The translations under genes and the position numbers were made by a program. A stretch of 64,000 bases of DNA from Ignavibacteriota bacterium (lineage in GTDB: Bacteria > Bacteroidota > Ignavibacteria > UBA10030 > UBA6906): NCBI GenBank assembly GCA_963837815.1, contig CAWIOS010000015.1, forward strand, positions 129,439 through 193,438, read 5' to 3'. Below, piece by piece: positions 39,091-48,341 of this stretch (position 1 is the stretch's first letter; each line of letters starts with the position of its first letter). A model generated the notes under the pieces. The model ran no database searches and had not been told where the DNA came from. It saw only the letters and a program-made list of their open reading frames with translations.

Positions 39091-39151
39091 TGGCCGGAAA
39101 AAAAAAGACCCCGTCGGAGAACACCAGCGGAGTCGGTCATCAGAGGCGGGT

Positions 39152-39682
39152 TCAGTTGCCGGCCCGCTTCTTCATGAGTTCGTGGATGAGGACGTCCTTG
39201 TTTGCCATCGAGATCTCCCGACCCTGGATGGAGAGACCGTCGGTGTTTCTCGCGAGACTCCTGAGCTGGTGAACCGTCATCGCGTCGAGCTGTGAGCGGA
39301 ATTCCGCGTCGTCGTCACTCGCGACAAAATCAAATTTCTCCTCTTCCGCTTCCGGAGCCTCCGGACGAGTCTCGCCGGGAATTACCCCGTGTTCCACGGA
39401 GGGGGCCGGGCGTTGAGTGAGAATGTCTTCGATATCGTCCGACGGGCGGGGGATGACGTCCGTGGACACGAGCTCCCCGACCCTCCGTGCGGCCGCGGCC
39501 CCAGCATCCACGGCGGCCTTCACCGCCGCCACCTCGCCGATCACCTGGACGGTCACTAGTCCGTTCCGGATATACTCCATCCCCAGCAGAGTGACGCTGG
39601 CGGTCTTCACCATGACGTCAGCGGCCTCGATCGAACCGACGAGGCCGCGTGTTTCAACCAGTCCCAGGGCGTAGTCAAGCAT
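39152..39682 (-). CDS. BMC-H microcompartment shell protein fused to an acidic linker and a Rho_N/HeH-like C-terminal domain
   Basis: 176 aa. Residues 1-90 or so are a Pfam00936-type BMC domain ([26 protein letters not shown]...[36 protein letters not shown]). An acidic spacer follows ([22 protein letters not shown]). The protein ends [41 protein letters not shown], which matches the Rho N-terminal / helix-extension-helix pattern. Confidence 0.85.
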   Translation of the reverse strand: MLDYALGLVETRGLVGSIEAADVMVKTASVTLLGMEYIRNGLVTVQVIGEVAAVKAAVDAGAAAARRVGELVSTDVIPRPSDDIEDILTQRPAPSVEHGVIPGETRPEAPEAEEEKFDFVASDDDAEFRSQLDAMTVHQLRSLARNTDGLSIQGREISMANKDVLIHELMKKRAGN

Positions 39683-39685
39683 GGG

Positions 39686-39982
39686 TCATTTTGCGGTAGC
39701 GCGACGGGGGAGGATCGTCTCCACGTCGGCATGAGGACGGGGAATGACGTGAACGGACACGAGTTCGCCGACCCGCTGCGCGGCGGCCGCACCTGCGTCT
39801 GTGGCCGCTTTCACCGCGCCGACGTCACCTCGCACCATCACCGTTACGTACCCGCCACCGATGACTTCCTTGCCGATCAACTGCACCCGCGCCGCCTTCA
39901 CCATGGCATCGGCGGCCTCAATCGATCCCACGAGGCCTTTCGTCTCCACCATACCGAGTGCGTCTAATGAGATGTCCGCCAT
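39686..39982 (-). CDS. BMC-H microcompartment shell protein (PduA/EutM-like hexamer)
   Basis: 98 aa that aligns end to end with PduA as I recall it: [24 protein letters not shown]...[48 protein letters not shown] lies 8 nt before the ATG. Confidence 0.9.
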   Translation of the reverse strand: MADISLDALGMVETKGLVGSIEAADAMVKAARVQLIGKEVIGGGYVTVMVRGDVGAVKAATDAGAAAAQRVGELVSVHVIPRPHADVETILPRRATAK

Positions 39983-40035
39983 GGGCGTTGTTCTCCTTCG
40001 TTAAGTGGCCTGAGGCCCCCCGTCAGGGCACGGGG

Positions 40036-40064
40036 AATATACCCAAGGAGCCGCACATTGTCAA
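40036..40064 (-). promoter_or_regulatory. near-consensus sigma70 promoter of the BMC shell gene pair
   Basis: The minus strand reads TTGACA-17 nt-TATATT, about 55 nt upstream of the first BMC ATG. The leader contains a CCCCGT-GCCCTG-ACGGGG hairpin and a GAAGGAG SD. Confidence 0.6.
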
Positions 40065-40076
40065 CCGCGGGCCGCT

Positions 40077-40108
40077 GTTACGCGGCGGCGTTGTTACGCG
40101 GCGGCGTT
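40077..40108. repeat. perfect 16-bp tandem duplication (GTTACGCGGCGGCGTT x2) spanning a stop codon
   Basis: Read directly from the sequence. The second copy carries the TAA stop and last codons (N-A-A-A) of the YfhO-like gene. The first copy lies 13 nt upstream of the BMC -35 box. Confidence 0.9.
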
Positions 40109-42639
40109 ATCTCCGACCGTGCCAGACGTTCCGGAAGAGGATGCACGGCGATTCACCGCCTGCCGTCGCCAGAACCCCGCCGCCGCGCAGACAACAACCA
40201 GAACCCATGCGGCGTGCGTCAGCATCCAGCCGGCGCGGTACATCGGCGGATCGAACGTAAAGATGATCTCGTGCGTTCCGGCGGGGACGAGAACCGATCG
40301 GAGGATATAGTCCGTCCTGAAAATCTCCGTCTCTTTCCCGTCGACGAATGCCTTCCAGCCGGAGGGGTAGTACACCTCGCTCAAAACAAGGAGCGCCGGC
40401 GCGGGAACATCCGTGGCGATCCGGATCTCCCGGGATTGGTACGACGTAATGCGGGGGAGGTGCACGCTGTCCGTGGGCGAGATCTGCCCGGGGAGCCGCT
40501 TGTACAGGACCGCGGTGCGGCCCGGATCGAACCCGCGGGAATTCAAGATGCGGAAGGCTTCGTCGTCCCCCGTCACCATTACCGCCTCACTCGCGTAAAA
40601 TGCCCGGGGCAACGCCGCGGGATTCCTGTAGGTGAGAACCCGTTCCGCCTGGTCCACGTTCACGAGCTGGAACTGCGGCTCCGGCAGCCTACCATGCACG
40701 ACGAGATACTGCACGTTGAGCATGTCCACGACGTTCATGTTGACGGGAAACGCCGGATCGGTGCCCCGGTACATGCAGGAATCCAGAAGCGTCTGGTAAA
40801 TTTTGAGTTTTGCGGGGCTGTATCCCGTAATCGATTGAAGCCCGTGGTAGGCGAACGCGTTGTCCATGTAAAGCGGATCGCGCGGGTCGATTCCCGCGAA
40901 TAGCCTGAACAGCCCCGGCTGGCTCTTGAGAAACGTTATCGTGGGGTCGGGCTTGAACGCCTGCGCGAGTTCCTGGGAAGGTTTCGGATCGATGTACCGC
41001 GACGCTACGAGGGACAGGTCGATTGTCACGAGGACGATGAGCGCAGCGGAAAACGTCAGCTCGCGAAGGCGTCCTTTCAGCCACACACAGCAGACGGCGC
41101 AGAGAGCGGCGGCGAGGAGCGAAAACTTCACGTAGTCCTTCCAGAAGATATCAAACCGCGCCTGGCGGAGCTGTGCGATCACGCGGCCCGCACGCGCGCC
41201 GTACTGCTGCTGGATCTGCTCCGCCTGATCCTGCTTCGTAAACATCGAGGCGGGAAGACTGTCGAGAAGGCTGCTCTGGAACAGAAGCGCGACAACAAGG
41301 AGCCCCGCGATGACGCCCCCCGTTGCAAGAAGGACGCGGTAGAGTTTCTGCGTATCGACGCCCGACTCCCGTTCTCGTGCGGCCAGAAGGATGGAAAAAC
41401 CCGTTGCGCCCAGAACGCCGGTGGCAAACGGGAGAAGGTGCAAGATCTGCTCCGGCGCGCGGAATTTGTTGAAGAAGGGGAGCCACGTGAACAGCAGCTG
41501 GTACAGGAGCGAAAAATTGCTGCCAAATGAAACGAGAACGATCATAAGCGTAACGATGCCGAAGAACATGACAAAGCGCGTCCTGCGGTAGACAAAGGCC
41601 AGCGTCCCGAACAGGATCGGAAATAGTCCCACGTACACGCTGGAATTTGTCCAGGGGATCATCGGCCCCCAGTAGTAGTCCGCTTTCATCCCGAAGAAGC
41701 CGGGGATGAGGAGCGTGACGAGTTCACCCGGGTGCCATGACCAGTTTGTCGCGTAGTCGTAAGCAAGGCCCCCCGGTGCCCCCGCCGTCCCCCCCCCGCG
41801 CATGGAGAACTGCGCGTAGTCGTACACTGAAAGGTAGATGTAAGAGGATATACAGAACCCCAGGAGGAGCGCGCCGGCAAAAAGCGTGACTTTGAAGGCG
41901 GCCTTCGGAATATTTCCTTTGAAATCCGGCAGGATGTGATAGACAAGATAGAACCCGAGAAACATGAATGCGTAGTACACGATCTGCATGTGGTTCGTCA
42001 GCATCAGCGTTCCGATGGCCGCCGCAAGGAGTCCAAGGCTCAGCGCGTCGCGCCGTTCCAGAAGCGTGTGCGTGAGAAGAACGACAAGAGGAAAATAACT
42101 GAGCGCCATGAGCTTCGACCCGTGTCCCTCCCCGGCAAGTCCCACCATGTAGGGGCTGAGCATGAACGTCAGCGCCGCAATCAGGGCTGCCGGGACGGGG
42201 AAAAGTTCCAGACGCGCATCAGAAAAAACATGAACACGCCCCCCATGAAACAGTAGACGACAAGCCATGTCCACATGCCGTTCAGGTAGAGAAGGTTCAG
42301 AACGGTCTGGAGAGCGGTCTGCACGTAGCTTACGTTGTGCGGGAGGTAGGCGACGTTGCCGAACGTGGGCATGCCGCTGAAGAAATACGGCATCCAGACG
42401 GCGTCCACCCCCTCCGCTTTCTCGATTTCGTTCCCGGCGTGCGTGTAACTCAGGGCTGCGGCAGTATCGCCCTGGGAGGCAAACGCCGCATTGTCAAAGA
42501 TGATCCCGCGGAAGACAATAAGCGTCACTGCGTACAGGAGAGCGACGCTCAGCAGGTCAAGCGTCAGCGGGGAAAACGACGAAAACGGAGACGCCGGTTT
42601 CTCGGCGGCCCTGCGGTGGTCTTTCCTGGCGTGTGCCAT
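40094..42639 (-). pseudogene. YfhO-family polytopic membrane glycosyltransferase, interrupted by one frameshift
   Basis: ORFs 42181..42675 (N-terminus, probable start MAHARKDHRR at 42639) and 40094..42274 are two frames of one protein. The N-terminal frame ends ...GGVFMFFLMRVWNFSPSRQP*, while the next frame reads ...ARLELFPVPAALIAALTFMLSPYMV. This continues the alignment with the intact paralog at 56457..58769 (MYLLASSLDLRRAPALFAGAAYMLSGFMI). The shift lies at about 42205..42215. Confidence 0.7.
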
Positions 42640-43791
42640 AGTTGCGATCCTTCCAGTTGAAGAAGTGCTGAACACTCACGGGCGCGGAAGTCCCAGTCGT
42701 TCGCTGCCGCAAAGGCGGTCAGTGTTTGGATGAATTTGGTATCCCCCCTGCGGCGCACTGCGGTGCGGAGATGTCCGATGAATTCACGGTCCGTCCCGGC
42801 GATCAGGACAATGCCGGCGAACTCTTTCGTATCGTCGGAAAAATCGGTGGCCACCGTCGGCACCCCGGCCGCGCTGTACTCATAGAGCTTGACGGGATTC
42901 ACCCCCTCCGTCAGCAGTCGTCCGCCGGAACGGAATCATTGCCGCGTCGAGGTTCCGCACGTACGCCGGCACTTCGGCATAGAGCCGGGGTCCCAGGTAC
43001 AGGAAGTTGGGATGCCGTGCCAGGCGGGCCATCTCTTCCGCCACGGAGGGATGGAGCGGTCCGATCATGACGAAATTGAACTCCGCCATCGCGCCCATCG
43101 TCCTGTCGAGAAGGCCGAAGTCGATCCACGGATAGACCGAGCCCACGTACCCCACGATCGGCGTTCCGGCCGGGGGAAGATCCAGCGGCCTGGCGGCTTC
43201 CGCTGCGAACCGTTCAAACTCCACGCCGTTGCGGACAATGTGAACGTCCCGCTCGCGGGCGTCAGTATCCGCGTGCGAAGCGTCGGCGACGTCACGCTGA
43301 CCGCGTCGGCCCGTTCGAGCGCCGGAGAGCCACTCGCGTGAACGTGCGGGGGAAATGCCGTGAAACCCGAACGCGTCGTCAATGTAGTCGAAAAGCACAC
43401 GCTTCGCCCCGACGGCTTCGGCGACGTGCATGAGCTGGAAGTTCTCGACGAAGCAGACCGTCTCTCGTCCGCCGGGCGGATCGTGCGGAGCGCGCTCCGG
43501 CGGACGAGTGCGCGCTGCAGGCGTGCCACGACAGCCCGCAGCGCCCGTGCGCGGCTGAGAAACATCGCAGCACGCCGGATGACGGGGTTCCGCGCGTTCA
43601 GAGGAAACGCCGGGACCGTCATCCGGCGGAGACCCGGGGCCACGGCGATCGGCGAGAGCATGACATGCCTGCCCAGCGTCACCGGCTCGACCCACAGGAC
43701 GTCCATCGTCCGCGACATCCTCGTCGCGAGGTGCTGCGGGCCGCTGGTAGAGGCTGTCCCAGGCAATATCGGAGAAAAAAATCAGAGTCAC
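42564..43791 (-). pseudogene. family-1 (GT-B) glycosyltransferase with the QRPQHL motif, broken by at least four or five frameshifts
   Basis: Protein-like sequence hops between ORFs 42880..43791, 43065..43766 and 42564..42902. The pieces are MTLIFFSDIAWDSLYQR | PQHLATRMSRTMDVLWVEP...RTIRP | ...VCFVENFQLMHVAEAVGAKRVLFDYIDDAFGFHG | PPHV...ALERADAVSVTSPTLRTRI | RDVHIVRNGVEFERF...VGYVGSVYPWIDFGLL...AMIPFR | NPVKLYEYSAAGVPTVATDF. The shifts lie near 43738, 43470, 43350, 43255 and 42915. The last frame overlaps the next gene's start by about 75 nt. Confidence 0.65.
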
Positions 43792-44977
43792 AGCGATCTT
43801 CTGACCTCATTGACAATCATATACAGTCGCGGGCTGACGGCGGCGGGTTCGAACATATGCCGCATCAGGAGGATAGTTCTGCGCTGTTGTGCGTAGCGCG
43901 AGAGTGGGAATTCGCGCATCACGGAACGGATGCAGTCACGGACGTCCTCATAGCTATCGCACAGGTAGCCGATATCGCCCATCTTTGAAAAACACTCTTC
44001 AAGATACGGATTGCGGAGATAGATTCCGGGCTTCACGCTCGAAATCGCGTCGAGGAAGCTTGTGCTTGCTCCGACGCGGTAGACATCGGGATCGGTGAGC
44101 GAGACCGCGTAGGTCACCCCCTGTGCACGCCGGGCGTATTCGGTCTGTGTGAGCGGAGCCGCCGGAAACTCCTCCTGCATCCCGGCATAACGCATCCGGT
44201 CGGCCTCCGTGCTGAGGTGCCCGACCATCATGAACCGGGACTCGGGGAATTCTCCCCGGATCGTTCCGGCAAGCGCAACGAATCTGTCAAACCCTTTTCC
44301 CCTTCCTCCGCTCACTCCGAAATAGCCGAACCGGACCGGTGAAGGAGGCAGCCGATTGACCGGCAGTCAGTTGGTGCACGTTCCAGGAAAACGGCATCTC
44401 GAACGCCACCGTGCTGCGCGCCGCCCGCGGCTGAAGTTCCTCTTAGGGACCGGAGTATGGACTCCCCCAGCGCGACATATCTGAGCCGCCGAGGCTGAGG
44501 AAGGCGAAACACAAGCCGCATCCCCCGGAGTGATGAGAAACGTTTTCGTGCCGCGCCGGGGACGACAGTCGCCAGGACGCCGTGCATCACTGCCAGCACG
44601 GGGACGGGAAGCCGGCTCCCTGCAAGCCGGATCTTCAGGAGAAAAAAACCGATCTCAGTTGCGGAAGCAAACAGAACGAGCGACGCGTGCTCCTCCGAGG
44701 CAACGCGGAGCGTTGTGCGAACTGTCTTCCACTCGGCGCCGAACCGGCCGGGGCCGGTAGACCATCGGGGGGGTATGGAGAGATCCCGCCACTCCACGCG
44801 GCGGAAATCCTCTGGAGCTTCTTTTCCGAGGAGTTCCCGGACGCGCGATGCATGTCCGGGTTCGCTGAGGAATATCACTGGTGAGTCCCGAAAGGCGAGC
44901 AGCACGGTGTGCACAAGCGAAGCATTCACGCGGGAATGCTCGAAATCCCGACACTGAGGTTCACTGATGACTATCAC
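43788..44977 (-). pseudogene. GT-B-like glycosyltransferase, interrupted by one frameshift
   Basis: ORF 44312..44977 (MIVISEPQCRDFEHSRVNASLVHTVLL...) stops at 44312. A different frame is open from 44366 and reads LPVNRLPPSPVRFGYFGVSGGRGKGFDRFVALAG..., continuing into ORF 43788..44315. The xRFGYxG...KGxD block is the usual start of the second Rossmann domain. The shift lies between 44315 and 44366. Confidence 0.5.
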
Positions 44978-44995
44978 GGCATGTCCAGGTTCATA

Positions 44996-46096
44996 TCAGG
45001 TCATGTCCGCATGGCATTCCCGGAGGGCCCGCACGAACGCAGCGGCGGCTTTTCCCCATGAAAAAGAGGCGGCGCGGATCCTTCCCTCTCTGCGGAGACG
45101 TTCCTGCAAATCGGTATCGTGTTCGAACCGCTGAAGCGCTTCAGCAAGGCCTCGCTCGCTCCAGGGATCGATGTACAATGCGGCATCGCCGCATACCTCC
45201 GGAATTGAAGTCATTCGTGAAGTAATAACCGGGCATCCGATCGTCATCGCCTCGAGGGGAGGCATGCCGAACCCTTCATACCGTGACGGATAGACAAGGG
45301 CAAGGGCACCCGTGTACAGCCGGGCGAGCGCGCGGTCATCCACGTATCCGGCATACTCGACGCATCCCCGGCGCAGGCCTTCATCAAGCAGCGACAGGAG
45401 TGCGGGAGGTGCGTGGCGCCTGCTTCCGGTCACGACGAGCGTCGAACTGATATTCCCGCCTGCGAACAGGCTGGAGAAGACACGCAGGAGGCTGTCGACG
45501 GACTTGCGGGGATCCAGGCCGCCAACGTAAAGAAAATACCTCTTCTCTGCAGCACCGCCGGCTTCCGCAAAATCGGCGATCGATGTCGCGCACGGGATTA
45601 CGACCGGTTCCCGCCGCACTCGGAGGTGTCGCATAATCTCCTGCTTCGAAAACTCCGAGTCCGTGACAACGAGAGTACTCCGGTCGATGTCTGACTGCCT
45701 CAGCCGCCTGTAACGCTCCTTAGCCTCGCCGCTCGCGAAATATCCTGGGATCGTCAGTGGCAGCACGTCGTGCATAGTCGTGACGACGCGTACACCGGGA
45801 CTCAGCTTCGGCACCCCGCCATTCCACGGGAAGTGGATAACGTCATTTCCCGGGTGGCGCGCGGCGATCGGAACCGCCAGCCGGCGCCAGAGCCCCGGGC
45901 CCATATACCGGCCGATCCATTTATCCTGCACTCCGGAGGGGAGCCGTGAGGCCAGCCGTCGTCTGTGAATCCCGTGGAGGCGAATCTCGGGAAAGCGCTC
46001 GGCAACGGCGCCGTACAGCCCCGACACCACCTTGGCGACTCCGGTAGCCGGAAGCTCCAGCACGCTCATGTCAATTGTGATCCTCACAATCCTCAC
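44996..46096 (-). CDS. family-4 (GT-B) glycosyltransferase
   Basis: 366 aa with YFLYVGGLDPRKSVDSLL and the E-x7-E region YPSRYEGFGMPPLEAMTIGCPVITS. Confidence 0.85.
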   Translation of the reverse strand: MRIVRITIDMSVLELPATGVAKVVSGLYGAVAERFPEIRLHGIHRRRLASRLPSGVQDKWIGRYMGPGLWRRLAVPIAARHPGNDVIHFPWNGGVPKLSPGVRVVTTMHDVLPLTIPGYFASGEAKERYRRLRQSDIDRSTLVVTDSEFSKQEIMRHLRVRREPVVIPCATSIADFAEAGGAAEKRYFLYVGGLDPRKSVDSLLRVFSSLFAGGNISSTLVVTGSRRHAPPALLSLLDEGLRRGCVEYAGYVDDRALARLYTGALALVYPSRYEGFGMPPLEAMTIGCPVITSRMTSIPEVCGDAALYIDPWSERGLAEALQRFEHDTDLQERLRREGRIRAASFSWGKAAAAFVRALRECHADMT

Positions 46097-46147
46097 TTCT
46101 GATAATCCGTCCGGCGTTCGGGGGCGGTCCGGCGGAGGCTCCGGGTG

Positions 46148-46987
46148 CTACGGGTGCTCGCCTGCACTGCGTTCGACGACCGGCTTGTGGACGAGGACGG
46201 CCGCGAGTCCCGATGCCCCCGCATTACGGTTGTCGTAGTACCCCGTAGCCGCGAGGAGGGAAGCCTCAACCTGAGTCCACCCGCTTGTCCGGTCATAGCG
46301 GAAATAGTGTTCGTACACATCCGCATGCGTTCTGAACGGCTCAAGAAGACGGTGCCAAGCCGGCAGATCATAGTTCTTCATCCAGCCGTGATTCTCGGAT
46401 TTCCCAAACGGTACACTGACGAGAAGCGTTCCGTCCGGTGCAAGGATCCTGTACATCTCCCGCAGGGCACTCACGTCAAGATCCCCGTCAAGAGTAAAGC
46501 TCTCCGTGTAACCCGTGTTGTCCATGCCGACGTGCTCGAGCGTCGAAATGCACCAGATCCTGTCGAACGAATCCGCCGCGAGTCCTGTGTTCGTGATATC
46601 CGCGATGATCGAATTCTCGTAGTACTGGCTCACATCATACGTCGGCGCCGCAATATCAACGCCGGTAAAATGCTTCGGGGAAGTGAGGCTGTTCAGGAGA
46701 AGGCGGTGGCATTCCATTATATTGGAGTGGCCGACATCAAGCACGCGGGCGCCGGGAACATACGTTGACCTGGCGAGAACAAGTTCCACGACGCGCTCCG
46801 GGAGTCCCACCCCGAACGCAGGAGGAAGGTGAATTTCCCTCGGGAAGGCCGGTTGTTCCAGCCGGAAGCCCTTGGCCGCCTCCCGGAATATCACGCGCTG
46901 AAGCCGATGTGCCGGATTGCCGAGAAGGAATGTTGACAGCGCACGGACGAAGGGAATGCGGGTCATAGGCTCAGGGTTGAAAAGCAT
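46148..46987 (-). CDS. class I SAM-dependent methyltransferase
   Basis: 279 aa with VLDVGHSN...FDRIWCISTLEHVG...LAPDGTLLVSVPFG. An alternative start (MTRIPF) lies at 46966, just after the flippase stop. Confidence 0.75.
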   Translation of the reverse strand: MLFNPEPMTRIPFVRALSTFLLGNPAHRLQRVIFREAAKGFRLEQPAFPREIHLPPAFGVGLPERVVELVLARSTYVPGARVLDVGHSNIMECHRLLLNSLTSPKHFTGVDIAAPTYDVSQYYENSIIADITNTGLAADSFDRIWCISTLEHVGMDNTGYTESFTLDGDLDVSALREMYRILAPDGTLLVSVPFGKSENHGWMKNYDLPAWHRLLEPFRTHADVYEHYFRYDRTSGWTQVEASLLAATGYYDNRNAGASGLAAVLVHKPVVERSAGEHP

Positions 46988-48341
46988 GAATACGCTTCAT
47001 GATCACTGACCCCGCGATCGACACGCCGATTATCTCATTGGCAATGAGCGCCAGTGCAGAGGCCATCGGCCCGATGCGGGGAAGAAACACAAAATTGATC
47101 ACAAGCACGGCGATCAGTTGGACGAGATTGATCCACCAGTACACTCTTACCATACCGAAGCTGTAGCCGATAACACCTATGGGGCAGATGAGGATCGCAA
47201 GCGCATAGCGGAAAGAGAGGACCTGCCCGAGCGTTGTGCTCTCCGCGTATGCCTGCCCGAAGAGGACCGGGGCCAGCAACGGGGCCACAACCGAGTACAC
47301 GACCGCCAGGACCGCGACGATGAAACTGAGCCGGAACGTCTGTCCCAGCATCGCGAGCGTCTCCCGGGATGATTTCGTCGCCGACGCCCTCGGCCAGAGG
47401 GCTGCGTTAATGGCGTTCAGGACGATCGTCAGCGGCATGGCAAACCTGCTTGCCGCGTTGTAGATGCCGAGGTCGTGTTTGGTGAGCATTAGCCCCATAA
47501 GCCAGACGTCCGCCCGTGTCACCATCATAACAAACACCATTGACATAAGGTTGAATCCCGCAAACATCCCGGGAGCAGCCTCAACCCCGGGTTCCGTGGG
47601 GGCAATCTCCTGCACCGGCCCGCGAAGCAGGTTGCGTATTCTCCCGGCGCTCGGAAGAAACCCTTCCGTCCCTGTGACAAGCGCTGCCCGGGGGACCATG
47701 AGAAGAAACGCAACAGTGCCGAGGCCCACGCCCGCCAGAGTGGCGACAAGAACGGCCTGAACGGACCAGATCGCGAACCATGCGACAATGCAGATTCCCG
47801 CAAACGAAATCACCGTCTGCCCGACGGTCACGATTGTGTTCCGCTCGAACTGTTTCATCGATTGGAAGTATATATTCGGGACGGAGGCGAGCGCGTTAAA
47901 GACTCCCCCCAGAAGGCCGAGGCGGAGAAGCGGTGCAAGCCCTTCGATCCTGAATGCGCGTGCAAGAAAGGGTGCGGCGATAAACAGGGAAAGCGTAACG
48001 AGAAGGGAAAGTATCAACCGGAGCCTGAATGCCCAGCGGAGGATCGTAAGCTGTCCGCCGAAATCCCTCAGGGAGACAGCCCGCGACGCGTACCGTACGG
48101 CGGTCTGACCGATCCCCAGATCAGAGAGAACCGTGGCGATCCCGGCCACGCTCATCACAAGCGCGTAGGCGCCGAAATCATCGGGCCCGAGCCCCCGTGC
48201 AGCCAGGATCGAGGTCATGAGTCCCGCCAAAACCGCGATGACCTGCGGAATCATGAGCAAGACGACGTCCCGGATCCCCCTCTTTGAGCCTAGAAAGAGA
48301 GACCTGATCCCCTCAATTGCGTCGGGAACGAATAGATTCAC
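46971..48341 (-). CDS. MOP-superfamily oligosaccharide flippase (Wzx-like)
   Basis: 456 aa with about 12-14 TM segments and polysaccharide-biosynthesis-protein architecture. The GTG start overlaps the upstream stop (GTGA). Confidence 0.8.
   Translation of the reverse strand: MNLFVPDAIEGIRSLFLGSKRGIRDVVLLMIPQVIAVLAGLMTSILAARGLGPDDFGAYALVMSVAGIATVLSDLGIGQTAVRYASRAVSLRDFGGQLTILRWAFRLRLILSLLVTLSLFIAAPFLARAFRIEGLAPLLRLGLLGGVFNALASVPNIYFQSMKQFERNTIVTVGQTVISFAGICIVAWFAIWSVQAVLVATLAGVGLGTVAFLLMVPRAALVTGTEGFLPSAGRIRNLLRGPVQEIAPTEPGVEAAPGMFAGFNLMSMVFVMMVTRADVWLMGLMLTKHDLGIYNAASRFAMPLTIVLNAINAALWPRASATKSSRETLAMLGQTFRLSFIVAVLAVVYSVVAPLLAPVLFGQAYAESTTLGQVLSFRYALAILICPIGVIGYSFGMVRVYWWINLVQLIAVLVINFVFLPRIGPMASALALIANEIIGVSIAGSVIMKRIHAFQP

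Noticed and set aside
39098-39138. A9/T9 tract after the BMC genes as an intrinsic terminator
   Set aside because: The T9 run is striking, but I could only pair a stem of about 4 bp (GACC/GGTC) in front of it. It is not annotated as a terminator and is mentioned only as context.
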